From positions 36,831-100,830 of IMG/VR virus record IMGVR_UViG_2814123203_000002: a DNA stretch of 64,000 nucleotides; one strand, written 5' to 3'. This DNA is from a virus (taxonomy: Duplodnaviria > Caudoviricetes). The notes under the pieces were generated by a model that worked only from the letters and a program-made list of their open reading frames with translations, had not been told where the DNA came from and did no database searches. The position numbers were made by a program, and so were the translations under genes. Within the stretch, counting starts at the first letter, position 1; each line of letters starts with the position of its first letter. Below, one piece after another: positions 49,500 through 59,517 of this stretch.

Positions 49500-50978
49500 A
49501 TGGTGGAACATAAGACATCTGACAATAAAATAACTGTACCGTTAACATATGCAGAAATAAATAAACTAATTTTAAAAGATTTAAATAAATACAAAAATAA
49601 AAGATATATAAAACGATTTAATAAATACAAAAGAGATGATATTATCCGATTTATGAGTGATCCTGCTCAGTACGAAGAACAATTAAGAGAAGTAAGTAAC
49701 ATACTCTATGTTATAAGTCCACATTATAAAAGATTAGTACAATACTTTTCGAAAATGGGATTATATTCTTACGATGTAGAATTAACAAATATTGATTTTG
49801 ACAAATACAATCCTAAAAAAATAAAAAAGCAGTATTTTGGGATTTTGCAGTATTTGGAGAAAATGAATATAAGTCATGAGTTTTCAAAAATAATGAAGGT
49901 TGCATATAGAGAAGATGTATTTTATGGATACGAACATGAAACAAGTACATCTTATTTTATTCAAAAATTAAACCCTAAATATTGTCAAATTAGCAGCATA
50001 GAAGATGGGTGTTATAATTTTTCTTTTGACTTTAGTTATTTTAATTCTGAAAAAGAGAAATTGAATATGTATCCAGTAGAATTTAAAAGAAAGTACAATA
50101 TATATAAGAAAGACAATACAAAACAATGGCAAGAATTAGACAATAAAAAAACTATTTGTTTTAAAGTTAATGAGGATGTGGACTTTCTAATTCCTCCTTT
50201 TGCTGGAGTATTTGAATCGGTGTATGATATACAAGATTTTAAAGATTTAAGAAAAGATAAAGAGGAAATTAATAACTATAAGGTACTGATACAAAAAATA
50301 CCTCTCCGCAGCGAAAAGGAAGTTAATGATTTTGCAATTGATTTTAATAGTGTAACACTATTTCATAATAGGGCAGTTGAAGCATTACCAGAACAGGTTG
50401 GTCTTATTAGCACTCCGATGGATGTAAAAGAAGTCGATTTTGATCGTGCTTCTGTAGATAAAGACAATGTTGAGAAGGCGACTAGAGATTATTGGAGTGG
50501 AACTGGAGTAAGTCAATTATTATTTAATACTGATAAATCGAGCAGTATTGGATTAGAAAAATCCGTATTGACAGATGAGGAGATCTTTTTTGATTCTTTA
50601 AGACAATTAGAACGTTGGTTAAATAGAAAAATGAAATATAAATATTCGAAAAACCTGTTTTGCAAAATTAATTTGTTAGATATAACAATTTTTAATAAAA
50701 CGGAGTATTTTGATACAGCGTTAAAAGCCGCCCAATCAGGTGTGGGTTCAAAATTAAAAATTGGCGCCGCATTAAAGATGAGTCCTTTAGCAATGATTAA
50801 TATGGCTATTCTTGAAAACAAAATTCTTAAACTTCCCGATATATTAATTCCAATGAGAACATCTCACACAATGACTGATCCAACAGGAAAAATTGGTGGA
50901 AATGGAAGGCCGAAAGAAAAGGATATTAGTGATGAAGGACTTAAGGCAAGAGACCAACAAAAAGGAAAATACGGTTAA
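49500..50978 (+). CDS. portal protein (YonE-like)
   Basis: 492 aa directly after terminase; C-terminal GRPK motif. Confidence 0.85.
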   Translation: MVEHKTSDNKITVPLTYAEINKLILKDLNKYKNKRYIKRFNKYKRDDIIRFMSDPAQYEEQLREVSNILYVISPHYKRLVQYFSKMGLYSYDVELTNIDFDKYNPKKIKKQYFGILQYLEKMNISHEFSKIMKVAYREDVFYGYEHETSTSYFIQKLNPKYCQISSIEDGCYNFSFDFSYFNSEKEKLNMYPVEFKRKYNIYKKDNTKQWQELDNKKTICFKVNEDVDFLIPPFAGVFESVYDIQDFKDLRKDKEEINNYKVLIQKIPLRSEKEVNDFAIDFNSVTLFHNRAVEALPEQVGLISTPMDVKEVDFDRASVDKDNVEKATRDYWSGTGVSQLLFNTDKSSSIGLEKSVLTDEEIFFDSLRQLERWLNRKMKYKYSKNLFCKINLLDITIFNKTEYFDTALKAAQSGVGSKLKIGAALKMSPLAMINMAILENKILKLPDILIPMRTSHTMTDPTGKIGGNGRPKEKDISDEGLKARDQQKGKYG

Positions 50979-51000
50979 ATCAAAAAAGGGAGCATTAATC

Positions 51001-51029
51001 TTGACAAATTTATGAATATATGATATAAT
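51001..51029 (+). promoter_or_regulatory. sigma-A promoter ahead of the head genes
   Basis: TTGACA-N17-TATAAT with TG. Confidence 0.75.
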
Positions 51030-51125
51030 AAAATGAAATAACTTAATGATTTTCTCTTTAAAAGTGGTGGATTCTCACCTCTTTTTTGTGTTTTATAAAA
51101 AATCTGACAATTAGGAGGTGAATTA

Positions 51126-52385
51126 GTGAAGAAGAAAATACCGATTAACTTTGAGGTAGTTAAAAGTGTTGACGATAGATTTGTGAAAGTAAAAATCAGG
51201 TTAATGCATTTAGGTAAAAACTATAATGGTTCATATTTTGATAAAGAATCTGTTAAAAAAGCTATTCCATCACTTGCTAATACACCTATACTTGGTTTTA
51301 TTGAAAATATCGATGAGAACAATGAAGATTATAGCGATCATAGAATTGTAATTATAAGAAAAAATGGTAAGTTAGAAACTAAATACTTAGGCCAGGCTTA
51401 TGGAGTAATTCCAGAAGACAATAATGCACGATTTGAAGATATTATTGGTAGTGACGGAATTGTTCGTACATATTTAGTTTGTGATGGTTTAATGTGGACC
51501 AAGTTTGAAGATGCAACAAGATTAGTGTTAAAATCAAAATTTAGAAATCAGTCTATAGAGCTTCATACTGACTATAAAGGCTATTACGAAAAAGATAATT
51601 ATTTTCATTTTACTGACTTTAAATTTTATGGAGCTTGCATAATTGGGGACGATGTGGCACCAGCAATGACTGATGCTAGAATTGAAACTGTATTCTCAAA
51701 AAATGAATTACATCAATATATAAATATAATGTTGGAAGATTTTAAAAGTACTATTACTAAAAATAAATGTGGTGGTGAAATGATGAAGGAAAAACTTAAG
51801 GAACTTTTAAAGAAATACTCTGTCACTAAAAATGATTTAACATTTGATGTTGAGTCTGTTAAGAATGAAGAGGAACTTGAATCAAAAATCAGTGAAGTTG
51901 CTAAAAATAAAATAAAAGATAGTAATACGAATGAAAATGATGAAGACAACGAAATATCTGAGTTAAAAAAACAAATCGAATCTCTAAATAATATAATCAA
52001 AGAAAAAAATTCCGAGTTTACTAAGTTGCATAAGGAGTACATATCTATTAATGAGAAATATGATGCATGTGAAAGTGAACTTATAGAACTTAGATCATTT
52101 AAGGACATTACTTTGAAAAAACAACGCGATAAAGCCGAAAATGAGTTATATAATAAATTCATCTCAAAACTATCAGAAGATGAAATGAGACAAGTAAAAG
52201 AAAATGCCAAATCAATGAGTATTGAGGAAATTGAAAAAGAACTATTTGCATTGTATGGCAGAAAGAATGCTAATTTTTCAAAAAGAATAGAAGACGATGA
52301 TATGGTGCGAATATCAGTACATAATAGAGAAAAAAATTATGAGAATGAATATGAATATTTAATAAAAAAACATATCAAGGATTAA
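51126..52385 (+). CDS. prohead protease/scaffold (YonD-like)
   Basis: MHLGKNYNGS...PILGF...AYGVIP...QSIEL; coiled-coil C-terminus. Confidence 0.8.
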   Translation: MKKKIPINFEVVKSVDDRFVKVKIRLMHLGKNYNGSYFDKESVKKAIPSLANTPILGFIENIDENNEDYSDHRIVIIRKNGKLETKYLGQAYGVIPEDNNARFEDIIGSDGIVRTYLVCDGLMWTKFEDATRLVLKSKFRNQSIELHTDYKGYYEKDNYFHFTDFKFYGACIIGDDVAPAMTDARIETVFSKNELHQYINIMLEDFKSTITKNKCGGEMMKEKLKELLKKYSVTKNDLTFDVESVKNEEELESKISEVAKNKIKDSNTNENDEDNEISELKKQIESLNNIIKEKNSEFTKLHKEYISINEKYDACESELIELRSFKDITLKKQRDKAENELYNKFISKLSEDEMRQVKENAKSMSIEEIEKELFALYGRKNANFSKRIEDDDMVRISVHNREKNYENEYEYLIKKHIKD

Positions 52386-52402
52386 AAATAGGAGTGATTT
52401 AA

Positions 52403-52927
52403 ATGGTAAAAGGTATTGTAAGGTTGGACCGAGTTCAATCTGTCTATGGAGGCAATATTGACTCAGTTGTGCATACTGCTGATCTTGAAAATGGGATGAT
52501 AGTCCAGTCTGGTGATCTTGTTAGAGGTCGAGAGGTAAGGAAAGTTATTGTTCCAACTACAGGATCTGGAAATTTGCGCTTAGTTTCTACACCAGAAATT
52601 AATAAATCTGAGTATTCCATTGCAGATGGAGCATTAGAAAATTGTTACACACCAGCTGGCAAACCAGCAAGAGCTTATAATTTAGTTCGTAGTGATATTT
52701 TTTCGATTAGTACAGACATGGTTAAGTCAATTGGTACAGAACCAAAAAAGGGAAACTATGTCGTTGCAGACGGTCTCAAGTATAAAGAAGTTGATAAAAT
52801 TGAAAATGAAGAATTTATTGGAAAAATCATAGATTTAGAAACTATTGGAGTTCCAGTGATTGTTGGTCAAGCTGGAGTAAAGAGCAGAATAAATAAGTTA
52901 GTTGTAATTGAAGTACTTAAAAACTAA
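52403..52927 (+). CDS. head decoration/structural protein (YonC-like)
   Basis: Between scaffold and MCP; LENG, GKPARAY motifs. Confidence 0.7.
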   Translation: MVKGIVRLDRVQSVYGGNIDSVVHTADLENGMIVQSGDLVRGREVRKVIVPTTGSGNLRLVSTPEINKSEYSIADGALENCYTPAGKPARAYNLVRSDIFSISTDMVKSIGTEPKKGNYVVADGLKYKEVDKIENEEFIGKIIDLETIGVPVIVGQAGVKSRINKLVVIEVLKN

Positions 52928-52959
52928 TGCAATCAAGAATCAATAGGAGGATTAATATA

Positions 52960-53964
52960 ATGAGTAAAACCTTAGTTAAACTTTGTGTTGACGCTGCTAA
53001 AGGCGTTATCACAAACTTCTCAAGTTCTCAGATTTCTAAGACAATTCGAGAAGAATTTATTGAATTGATGGGAACAGATAAACCAACATATCGTACTTTT
53101 AAAAATAATGAATCTCAGGTCTTTCAAATCTTAGAGGAGGTCTTAGACGAACTTATTGTAGATGGTATAACAAATACCAAATTCTTTGATCAGTTTGTGG
53201 AGTACAAAGACTTAAATTTTGGTGATTTAAATCAATTTTATGTGGAAGACCGTACAATGCTTGTTGTATCTGAAGTAGCAGATGGTCATTTGAATATTCG
53301 TCGTCAAAAATTAAATGTTGGAACTGCTTTTTCCGTAGATACTAGAACATATAGTATTAAAATTTATGGCGACTTTCTAAGATTCATTTCTGGTCGTCTT
53401 GATTGGGATAAATTTATTGAGAAATGTGATGAAGCAATGCGTTACAAATTGTCTGAGGATATTTTAGGAGGATTTATGGGTGCATCCCAATATCTTCCAC
53501 CAGAGTTTGTGATGACTGGTTCATTTGTAGATGAGAATATGTCTGATCTTATTCAACGTGTTTCTACAGCGAATAAAAATAAAGGTGTAATAATTGCTGG
53601 AACTAGAAAGGCTCTTAAGAAAATTAATTCTAATTACAGTGGAACTAATTCCTTCTTATTGAGCGAAAAAATGAAAGATGCAATTAATCAGAATGGAGTT
53701 CTTGAGGTTTATGATGGTGTTCCCTTGCTAGAAATTCCACAAGTGTTTATTCCTAATACATTTGAATATAGACTTGATGATAAACAGCTTCTTGTACTTC
53801 CTAACTCTACAAAACCAGTTAAGGTGGTACGTGAAGGAGAATCAATTATTATGCAATCTGATAGCACTAAGAATATGGATATGAGTATTGAACATACCGT
53901 TTTGAGTAAATGGGGAGTTGCAGTTGTTTTTGGTACTGCTTATGGAGCATATAAACTGAGTTAA
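52960..53964 (+). CDS. major capsid protein (YonB-like)
   Basis: 334 aa from ATG 52960 (AGGAGG RBS); FVEYKDLNFGD...IRRQKL...IIAGTRKAL. Confidence 0.85.
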   Translation: MSKTLVKLCVDAAKGVITNFSSSQISKTIREEFIELMGTDKPTYRTFKNNESQVFQILEEVLDELIVDGITNTKFFDQFVEYKDLNFGDLNQFYVEDRTMLVVSEVADGHLNIRRQKLNVGTAFSVDTRTYSIKIYGDFLRFISGRLDWDKFIEKCDEAMRYKLSEDILGGFMGASQYLPPEFVMTGSFVDENMSDLIQRVSTANKNKGVIIAGTRKALKKINSNYSGTNSFLLSEKMKDAINQNGVLEVYDGVPLLEIPQVFIPNTFEYRLDDKQLLVLPNSTKPVKVVREGESIIMQSDSTKNMDMSIEHTVLSKWGVAVVFGTAYGAYKLS

Positions 53965-54044
53965 TTACATAGTGACAATAATATTATTGGGGCAATGTAT
54001 TTTGTCCCAATAATAAATATAATAAGAAAAGAGGGAAATGTAAA

Positions 54045-54611
54045 GTGGTAAAAGCAAATAACAATAAGGATATTATTGAAGAACCACAGGCTGAAAATAC
54101 AGAAACAAATAAAAAAAATGATGAAATTTTAAAAGAAAATAAAAAGAGAAAAATAAAAAGGAAAATTGAACCGAATGAATTAATCGAATGCAGGAGTGTA
54201 ACCAATAGTTTGATGTTAAGTTATGTTTCACCTAGAACAGGTCTTGAAATTAACTGGTCAAGTTATGGTGATGTCGAATATGTTGAATATTCAGAGTTAC
54301 TTGCAATGAAAAGTAAGCAGAATAGATTTTTAATGGAACCATGGATTATTATTGAAGATGAAGATGTAATTGAGGCACTCGGTTTAAGAAAATACTATGA
54401 CAACATTATTGATGTTGATAATGTTGAGGACTTCTTTCATTTGCCACCCGAAGAAATTAGACAAAAAATTATGAAAGCACCAAATGGAACAAAAGAGGTA
54501 ATTATAAGTAAAGCAAGAGAAATGATTGAAAATGAAGCTCTCTTTGATTTAAGGAAAATTAATATATTAAATGAAGTACTTAATATTGATCTGACAATGG
54601 TTCAAAAATAG
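54045..54611 (+). CDS. YonA-like protein
   Basis: Position after MCP; WSSYGDVEY...EL..MK...F...WIIIED. Confidence 0.7.
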   Translation: MVKANNNKDIIEEPQAENTETNKKNDEILKENKKRKIKRKIEPNELIECRSVTNSLMLSYVSPRTGLEINWSSYGDVEYVEYSELLAMKSKQNRFLMEPWIIIEDEDVIEALGLRKYYDNIIDVDNVEDFFHLPPEEIRQKIMKAPNGTKEVIISKAREMIENEALFDLRKINILNEVLNIDLTMVQK

Positions 54612-54623
54612 GGGGTTGTCAAA

Positions 54624-55052
54624 ATGGCAACACCTTATATAAATATATATGAATTTTTTTTATCAGAGATTGAAGACTATTCTTTCTTGAAATTGACAAG
54701 AGATGAGCTATCAGAAGAACTACATATTTACCTAAGAAAAGCTATAGCAGACTTTGATAAATGTAAGAACGATTTAACAGATAGAGACGATGCTTTACAG
54801 CAATTTAATAACGATCTTTCAGATAAAGAGCAAAGCATTTTAGCAAGCCTTATGTTGAGAGCTTATTTAAAATCAAAAGTAGTTGCAAGCAAACACTATG
54901 AATTAATATTGAGCGATACCGATTTTAAAATATATTCTCAAGCTAACCATATCAAAGAACTTCTCGAACTTTATAAGATCATTAGATTAGAGGTCGATAA
55001 GGAAATTGTGAATTATACTTTACAAAAGCTCAACATGAAGGATATGAAATAA
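54624..55052 (+). CDS. head-tail adaptor (YomZ-like)
   Basis: MATPY..IY..FL..I.DY...F..YSQANH. Confidence 0.7.
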   Translation: MATPYINIYEFFLSEIEDYSFLKLTRDELSEELHIYLRKAIADFDKCKNDLTDRDDALQQFNNDLSDKEQSILASLMLRAYLKSKVVASKHYELILSDTDFKIYSQANHIKELLELYKIIRLEVDKEIVNYTLQKLNMKDMK

Positions 55053-55053
55053 T

Positions 55054-55380
55054 ATGAATAATAGACTTAGTTTATATCTTAAGTCGTTAATAGACAGAGT
55101 ATATAAGATTTTACCTTTATATGAAGAGCAAAATGAAGGATTATTTACATACATTCAATCGCTAATTTATGAGTTAAATGGTTTTAAATGGATTCGTGAA
55201 AGTGGGATAGTAGCTGAATATTATTCATTATTGGCAACATTGGAATCATTATCTGATGATGCGATTTGTTTCTCAAAAGAAAATGAATGTGTAATAAAGA
55301 GAGAAGTTTTCAAGTGCATTACCATAATAAAAAAGATCATAGTTGCTTATGAGAGTGGTGATGAAACTGAACTATTTTGA
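55054..55380 (+). CDS. virion morphogenesis protein (YomY-like)
   Basis: YKILPLYEE...KREVFKCI; synteny. Confidence 0.65.
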   Translation: MNNRLSLYLKSLIDRVYKILPLYEEQNEGLFTYIQSLIYELNGFKWIRESGIVAEYYSLLATLESLSDDAICFSKENECVIKREVFKCITIIKKIIVAYESGDETELF

Positions 55381-56074
55381 ATTGTATAAAAAAAGGCTTG
55401 AACGTTCGGGTGAAAATAGTGGGGAATCAGTTTGGAACAGTTCAGTTAATCTAATTAATCAAACATTCGAAAATAGTCACAATTTTAGAAAAGTGAAGAT
55501 TGATGGTCATGAAGTTGATGCAAGAATTCTGGAAGGAAAACATTATTATGAAAGGAAATTACTATTTAGACCAAACCAAATAACAAAACTTGGAAGCCTA
55601 GTAGAGTTCGATAACGAAACATGGATGATTTTTGAATCCTTTAATGAAACAATTTCACCTAAAGCATCTGTTAGACATTTGAATGAGTATTTAAGATGGT
55701 ACGATAAAGAAAAGAACATTCACAAGGTTAAGTGTCTTGCAATGGCTACAAGAATTACTAAATATGATATTACACCAAATAGATATGATATTGATTTACT
55801 TGCAGGAGGAATTTATGCAATTGCTCAATCAAATGAGGAAATAAAAACTATTAAACCATCTCAACGTTTTATTTTAGGTGAGTCAGTTTATGAAATCGCT
55901 GGCATTGATGATGTTACTTACCGGAATGCAGATGGAAGTGGAATTATTCAGTTCACTTGCAAATTAACAACTTTTATGGACAGTGATAATAGAATTGAAA
56001 AAATAGCAGATAATACACTTTTATATAGAGATAAAAACGGTGATAATGAGGGAGAAAATTCATGGTGGACTTAA
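55361..56074 (+). CDS. head closure/neck protein (YomX-like)
   Basis: Synteny; start uncertain (55343-55367). Confidence 0.65.
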   Translation: MKLNYFELYKKRLERSGENSGESVWNSSVNLINQTFENSHNFRKVKIDGHEVDARILEGKHYYERKLLFRPNQITKLGSLVEFDNETWMIFESFNETISPKASVRHLNEYLRWYDKEKNIHKVKCLAMATRITKYDITPNRYDIDLLAGGIYAIAQSNEEIKTIKPSQRFILGESVYEIAGIDDVTYRNADGSGIIQFTCKLTTFMDSDNRIEKIADNTLLYRDKNGDNEGENSWWT

Positions 56075-56550
56075 AATTCCTATCAAAGAACCTTGTTTTG
56101 ATAATTGAAAGAATTGTTGATAATCAAAATATATGCAAATACTTAAAATATAATGATATATCTCCATTAACTAAGCCAGATATAAAATTACCAGCAACAG
56201 ATTTAGTACTTAGTAAGGTTCACCCTTATCCTTTTGAGCAAGTGGCTACAACTGACGATGCAGTTGAGTTAAGGGTCTATTACCCAAACATTAGTTTAGA
56301 TGGATCAAAAGCTGTTTCAGGTGTAGAAGTGTATTTTGATATCATTTGTGCAAAATCGTTATGGCTTATAAAAGATAATAAAGAAAAGCAAATAAGACCA
56401 TACCAAATTGCTTTAGAGATTATTGAAGAATTTAATGATAGTGTAGGCACAATAGGAAAATTAAATTTTAGAAACCTCTTTCATCTTGTTATAGGCAGGC
56501 AATTTGATGCATTGAGAATTGAAGCAAAAATGACACTTTTCGGAGGTTGA
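56062..56550 (+). CDS. tail terminator-like protein (YomW-like)
   Basis: Synteny; 162 aa. Confidence 0.6.
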   Translation: MVDLKFLSKNLVLIIERIVDNQNICKYLKYNDISPLTKPDIKLPATDLVLSKVHPYPFEQVATTDDAVELRVYYPNISLDGSKAVSGVEVYFDIICAKSLWLIKDNKEKQIRPYQIALEIIEEFNDSVGTIGKLNFRNLFHLVIGRQFDALRIEAKMTLFGG

Positions 56551-57323
56551 GAAGTGTGTTTGACGTAAAAGATTTAACAGAAGAAATTGATTTAAAGTTG
56601 ATCTTATTAGCAGGTGATCCATTAAAAACTAATAATATTGAAATTAAACCATTAAAATTAAAAGAAATAACCAAAATAGGATACTCATTGTATAGTAAAT
56701 ATCTAAGTTTACTAACCATTGACAAAAACAAGATTGTTGATGATTCTGAAAAGTATGAAGAGCTTTCATTAGTAGAACTTATTTACGAAACAAGAAGTGA
56801 AGATATTATAAGACAGTTCTTGGATGCCATCTGTTTCTTTTTACATACAGATAAGGAAGCTGTTATTTATCACGAACACTATGGAATTATAATAGGAGAT
56901 ATAGCAGAATTTCCAAATGTAAATAGAGTACCTATACTCAATAAAGATAATTATGATGATTTTGTAAAAATATTAAAGTATCAAAACTGTATAACAACAA
57001 AAATAGATAATTCTAAACCTGCTAATGAAAGAGCTAGAAAAATACTTGAGAAAATTAGAAGATCAAAAGAGATCATTAATCAAGTAAAAGCTAAGCAAGC
57101 TATTAATAACGGAAATTCTATAGACTTTGCGGACATTGTAAGTTCTGTTAGTACTAAAAGCAACTCATATAATAAGCATAGTATCTGGGATGTCACTATA
57201 TATCAGTTGTATGATGAATATAAAAGATTAGAAGCAATCAATAATTATGAATTTAATTTAAAAGCATTACTTCAAGGTGCAAAAACAGATGAATTAAAAC
57301 ATTGGTCAAGTTCCCTTGATTAA
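56547..57323 (+). CDS. tail-associated protein (YomV-like)
   Basis: IKPLKLKEI..IG...IWDVTIYQLYD...LKHW. Confidence 0.65.
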   Translation: MRSVFDVKDLTEEIDLKLILLAGDPLKTNNIEIKPLKLKEITKIGYSLYSKYLSLLTIDKNKIVDDSEKYEELSLVELIYETRSEDIIRQFLDAICFFLHTDKEAVIYHEHYGIIIGDIAEFPNVNRVPILNKDNYDDFVKILKYQNCITTKIDNSKPANERARKILEKIRRSKEIINQVKAKQAINNGNSIDFADIVSSVSTKSNSYNKHSIWDVTIYQLYDEYKRLEAINNYEFNLKALLQGAKTDELKHWSSSLD

Positions 57324-57355
57324 GTAGTAAATATAATAAAATAGGAGGAAGTATA

Positions 57356-58111
57356 ATGGCTAAATTTGGTGTGAAAGAGGTTGCTGACGTAACAATATAC
57401 GATATTGCAACAAATAAACCAGTTCTTTATTTGGATACATTGAAAATGACTAATATTGAGAATAAAGCAGATTCCTCTGCGGCTAGAGGTGGTAAGGGTA
57501 ATTCTAAATTGCTAGAATGGGACTTCAATAAAGAGGTTACAATGAAAATGCAAGATGCTTTAATGTCATTTAAATCTCTTTCATTAATGACTGGTAATGA
57601 TGTTAAAATTGGGGTTGCTCAAGTCCATAGGCGTGAAGTATTAGTGGCATCTGCTGGAACAACTGGAAAAAGCAAAGTCACTTTAAGTAAAGTCCCAATA
57701 GAAGGGTCTATTAGTACATATTTGCTTTCCGATGATGAAATTAGAAAGGAAATAAAATCTACTAATACATCTAAAGAAAAAGAAGTTACATTTGATATTG
57801 CAGATGTTCCAGCAGGAACTAGTGTTGTTGTGTTTTATAAGTTTGAAACTGATGCAAATGCACAGACTATTACTATCTCAGCTGATAAGTTTCCAGCTTA
57901 TGTTAAAATAATCGGAGATACAACAATACGTGATTCAAAAGATGGAGACGATTATCCAGCCCAGTTTATTATACATAAAGCAAAAATTTCTCCAAATTTT
58001 ACACTAACATTCCAAGCCGATGGAGAACCATCAGTTTTTGATATGGATTTAACAGTATTTAAAAAGGATGACAATAGTGATATGTATGAATTTATTCAGT
58101 ATGCAGATTAA
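57356..58111 (+). CDS. major tail tube protein (YomU-like)
   Basis: FGVKEVADV...ARGGKGN..L..WD...QDAL...ADGEPSVFD; strong RBS and terminator. Confidence 0.8.
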   Translation: MAKFGVKEVADVTIYDIATNKPVLYLDTLKMTNIENKADSSAARGGKGNSKLLEWDFNKEVTMKMQDALMSFKSLSLMTGNDVKIGVAQVHRREVLVASAGTTGKSKVTLSKVPIEGSISTYLLSDDEIRKEIKSTNTSKEKEVTFDIADVPAGTSVVVFYKFETDANAQTITISADKFPAYVKIIGDTTIRDSKDGDDYPAQFIIHKAKISPNFTLTFQADGEPSVFDMDLTVFKKDDNSDMYEFIQYAD

Positions 58112-58121
58112 TTAAAAAACC

Positions 58122-58155
58122 AAAGGATAGGGTTAGTTGTTCCTATCCTTTTTTT
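58122..58155. terminator. intrinsic terminator, probably bidirectional
   Basis: AAAGGATAGG...CCTATCCTTTTTTT. Confidence 0.8.
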
Positions 58156-58199
58156 GGATAACTAAAACTTAAATAAAAGTATAGTTTTATCTAATAATG

Positions 58200-58364
58200 T
58201 TATTTATTTTTTTGTCTTTCTTCCCATTCAAAATACGATTTAATTTGATCTTTGGTGGCTTTATCTACATCTTTATTGTAATTATCTGGACCTGCACATT
58301 TTGCGGCTATAATTAAAATAAATAAGACAAAAGCAAATAAAAATAACATTTCTTTTTTTTTCAT
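58200..58364 (-). CDS. small membrane protein/lipoprotein, antisense moron (54 aa)
   Basis: MKKKEMLFLFAFVLFILIIAAKCAGPDNYNKDVDK...QKNK; AAGGTGG RBS; TGnTATACT promoter upstream. Confidence 0.6.
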   Translation of the reverse strand: MKKKEMLFLFAFVLFILIIAAKCAGPDNYNKDVDKATKDQIKSYFEWEERQKNK

Positions 58365-58464
58365 ATTGGGACCACCTTTTACTTAACATATATATTTAAG
58401 TATACCATCAATTACCTAATTTTGTAGATTAATTTTTGAGATTAAATCAAGGAGATGAAATTTA

Positions 58465-59022
58465 ATGTCTAAAGATACAGTAAAAAAATTGAATATTACA
58501 AATATTAATAAAGAGCTGAGAAAATTAGATGAAAAATATAAAGTTCAAGTTTATAGCAATATGGGAACTATTTATGAATTAAGTATTAATAAGTATTTTA
58601 AAGAAAAACCTATTGCAGATATGATTGTCGAATTTATGATTAATTATGAATATTCAAGAAATAACAAGATTCAAATTACGGACATTTTGGACGAGTACAT
58701 TTTATTTTTGGTAATTAAACATTTTACATCAATTGGTTCTGATTTTCCAAGTAAAGTAGAAGATCAGATTATACTATTATGGAAGCTTATAGAACTAGGA
58801 TTGCTTAAAAATATTTCTGAAGTTTTGCCAAGCGAACAATTAGAAAAAATAATGAATAGGGTTGAACATAATATGATTAACAAATATAACGAAATCTCCT
58901 CTATCTATGAGAAAATGGAAGAGGCTGAAAGAGAAGTACTAATGAAAAAAGAAGAGGATAAGATGCTTGAAGAATTAAAGGAGATTGAAAATGATGCTTT
59001 GGATGTAGATAGTGATGGTTAG
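58465..59022 (+). CDS. probable tail assembly chaperone
   Basis: Position between tail tube and tape measure; AGGAG RBS. Confidence 0.6.
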   Translation: MSKDTVKKLNITNINKELRKLDEKYKVQVYSNMGTIYELSINKYFKEKPIADMIVEFMINYEYSRNNKIQITDILDEYILFLVIKHFTSIGSDFPSKVEDQIILLWKLIELGLLKNISEVLPSEQLEKIMNRVEHNMINKYNEISSIYEKMEEAEREVLMKKEEDKMLEELKEIENDALDVDSDG

Positions 59023-59509
59023 AATAAAAAAACGTAGTCAATTAAATAGAGTTTTAAAAGATGTATTAAAAGAGTCGTTAATTGCAATCTCTGAAAAGAG
59101 TAAGGATATAGTTGAAAACGAATTAGATAAGCATGCTTATTCAAATAAACCAAGCTCCTATAAGAGAACAAATCAATTAAAGGACAGTTTGACTAATAAG
59201 ATTATTGAGAATAAAAATAGTTTCAAGGCAAAAATATTTCATGATACAGATAAAATAAAACCCATACCTCCAAGTAGTAGCAATAATTATATGGGGCAGC
59301 ATTATAGTACGGCAACATACAGGGTAAAAGAATATCAGAAGTACATTGTTGAAACAATCAATAATGGAACGAGTGGAAAAATATTTGGATCTGGATATTG
59401 GACCCAAAAAAGACCTTACTTTACTGAGTCTAAAAAGAATATTTTAAAAAATTATTCAGATATGATGAAAACAGAATTGAATTCTAAAAAGTTAAAAGTA
59501 CGGAGGTGA
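59015..59509 (+). CDS. tail completion protein (YomN-like)
   Basis: Y.RT.QL..S...RPYFT motif. Confidence 0.6.
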   Translation: MVRIKKRSQLNRVLKDVLKESLIAISEKSKDIVENELDKHAYSNKPSSYKRTNQLKDSLTNKIIENKNSFKAKIFHDTDKIKPIPPSSSNNYMGQHYSTATYRVKEYQKYIVETINNGTSGKIFGSGYWTQKRPYFTESKKNILKNYSDMMKTELNSKKLKVRR

Positions 59510-59517
59510 AATATTGT

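Noticed and set aside
58465-59509. Programmed frameshift typical of tail chaperone genes
   Set aside because: No convincing slippery heptamer at the gene end, and the next ORF has its own start
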